A DNA stretch of 64,000 nucleotides from Candidatus Eiseniibacteriota bacterium (GTDB taxonomy: Bacteria; Eisenbacteria; RBG-16-71-46; CAVPCR01): assembly GCA_963823555.1 (NCBI GenBank), contig CAWGMA010000002.1, positions 604,725 through 668,724 of the forward strand. The letters run 5' to 3'. The notes beneath the pieces are model-generated. The model was not told the origin of the DNA. It made no database searches and worked only from the letters and a program-made list of their open reading frames with translations. Both the position numbers and the translations under genes were made by a program. Below are positions 63,464-64,000 of this stretch, in pieces; position 1 is the first letter of the stretch; each line of letters begins with the position of its first letter.

Positions 63464-64000
63464 CTACTCCTCCCGCAGCGCGGCGATGATCCGTTCCGGA
63501 TCGGCGTGGTCGCCGGCCTCGCGGCTCACCTGGGCGAAGACGACACGGCCGCCCGGCCGGATGACGAAGCACCCTCCCTGCTGCCAGGGGTCCCCCTGGA
63601 TATCCTGCTGGCGCTTGCCGGCGCGCCAGGCGCGCCAGGCGTGGCGCAGGGTCCGGAATCCGACCGAGCTCGCGACGCCGCGCCGGAGGCCGGCAGCGGC
63701 ATAGGCGCGGAGCTCCGGGTCGGCGAAGAGCGGGTGCTCGACTCGCTCCGAATCACGGAAGTCGGCCGCATGCTCCGGGCTCCCGTTGCCGACGACGACC
63801 AGCTCGGCGCCCAGGCGGCGGATCTCGGGTAGTGAGTCACGCAACTGCGCGACCTGCTCGCGGCAGAAGAGTCACCCGAAGTGGCGGACGAAGGCGAGCA
63901 CCACGGTCCGGTCCCGCCAGAGATCACCGAGCCTCTGGCGCCTGCCGTCAGGATCGAGCACCTCGATCTCCTCGAGTCGCTCGGCGGCGCGAGCGTCGTC
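63464..64000 (-). CDS. Selenocysteine-containing peroxiredoxin-like (AhpC/TSA-2, PRXL2/SelU-like) protein; 5' end outside the window
   Basis: Open frame from 64000: ...LGDLWRDRTVVLAFVRHFG-TGA(63872-63874)-LFCREQVAQL...ADPE..AY...QQGGCFVI; SECIS-like hairpin follows the TGA. Confidence 0.88.

Overview
High-GC bacterial chromosomal DNA. By inference it comes from an FCB-adjacent lineage such as Eisenbacteria or Krumholzibacteria, judged from the many FlgD/T9SS-like C-terminal domains and 'WGxxK' tails. Several real genes are split by indels, probably long-read consensus errors. In order, the window holds: partial methylcrotonyl-CoA carboxylase beta; an exported methyltransferase; a DUF2760 + two atypical Hsp70 operon; a DUF222-HNH gene ending in a short palindrome array; a secreted di-heme peroxidase; a MORC-like GHKL ATPase; a VIT-vWA/ECF sigma/small-protein operon; tolC-MFP-glgB-RND; lactate dehydrogenase-like, SEC-C, ornithine cyclodeaminase and ferritin-like genes; an NAD-reducing group 3d hydrogenase (hoxFUYHW) with a response regulator and a convergent kinase; pirin; an M16C peptidase; and a decayed accessory region (about 46.7-57.7 kb) with kefGB, IS fragments, repeats and gene remnants, followed by an oxidoreductase cluster. 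Highlights the ORF track does not show: (1) two UGA-readthrough selenoproteins with UxxC motifs and SECIS-like hairpins; (2) a 16-bp palindrome family tied to the HNH gene, with dispersed orphan copies, one inside a signal peptide; (3) a short C-terminal '(S/T)WGSxK' putative sorting signal on two unrelated secreted proteins; (4) a ~70-bp direct repeat bracketing 4.1 kb; (5) a duplicated 5' end of the ferritin-like gene. No rRNA, tRNA or CRISPR array was recognised. Family assignments come from motif recognition, not database searches.
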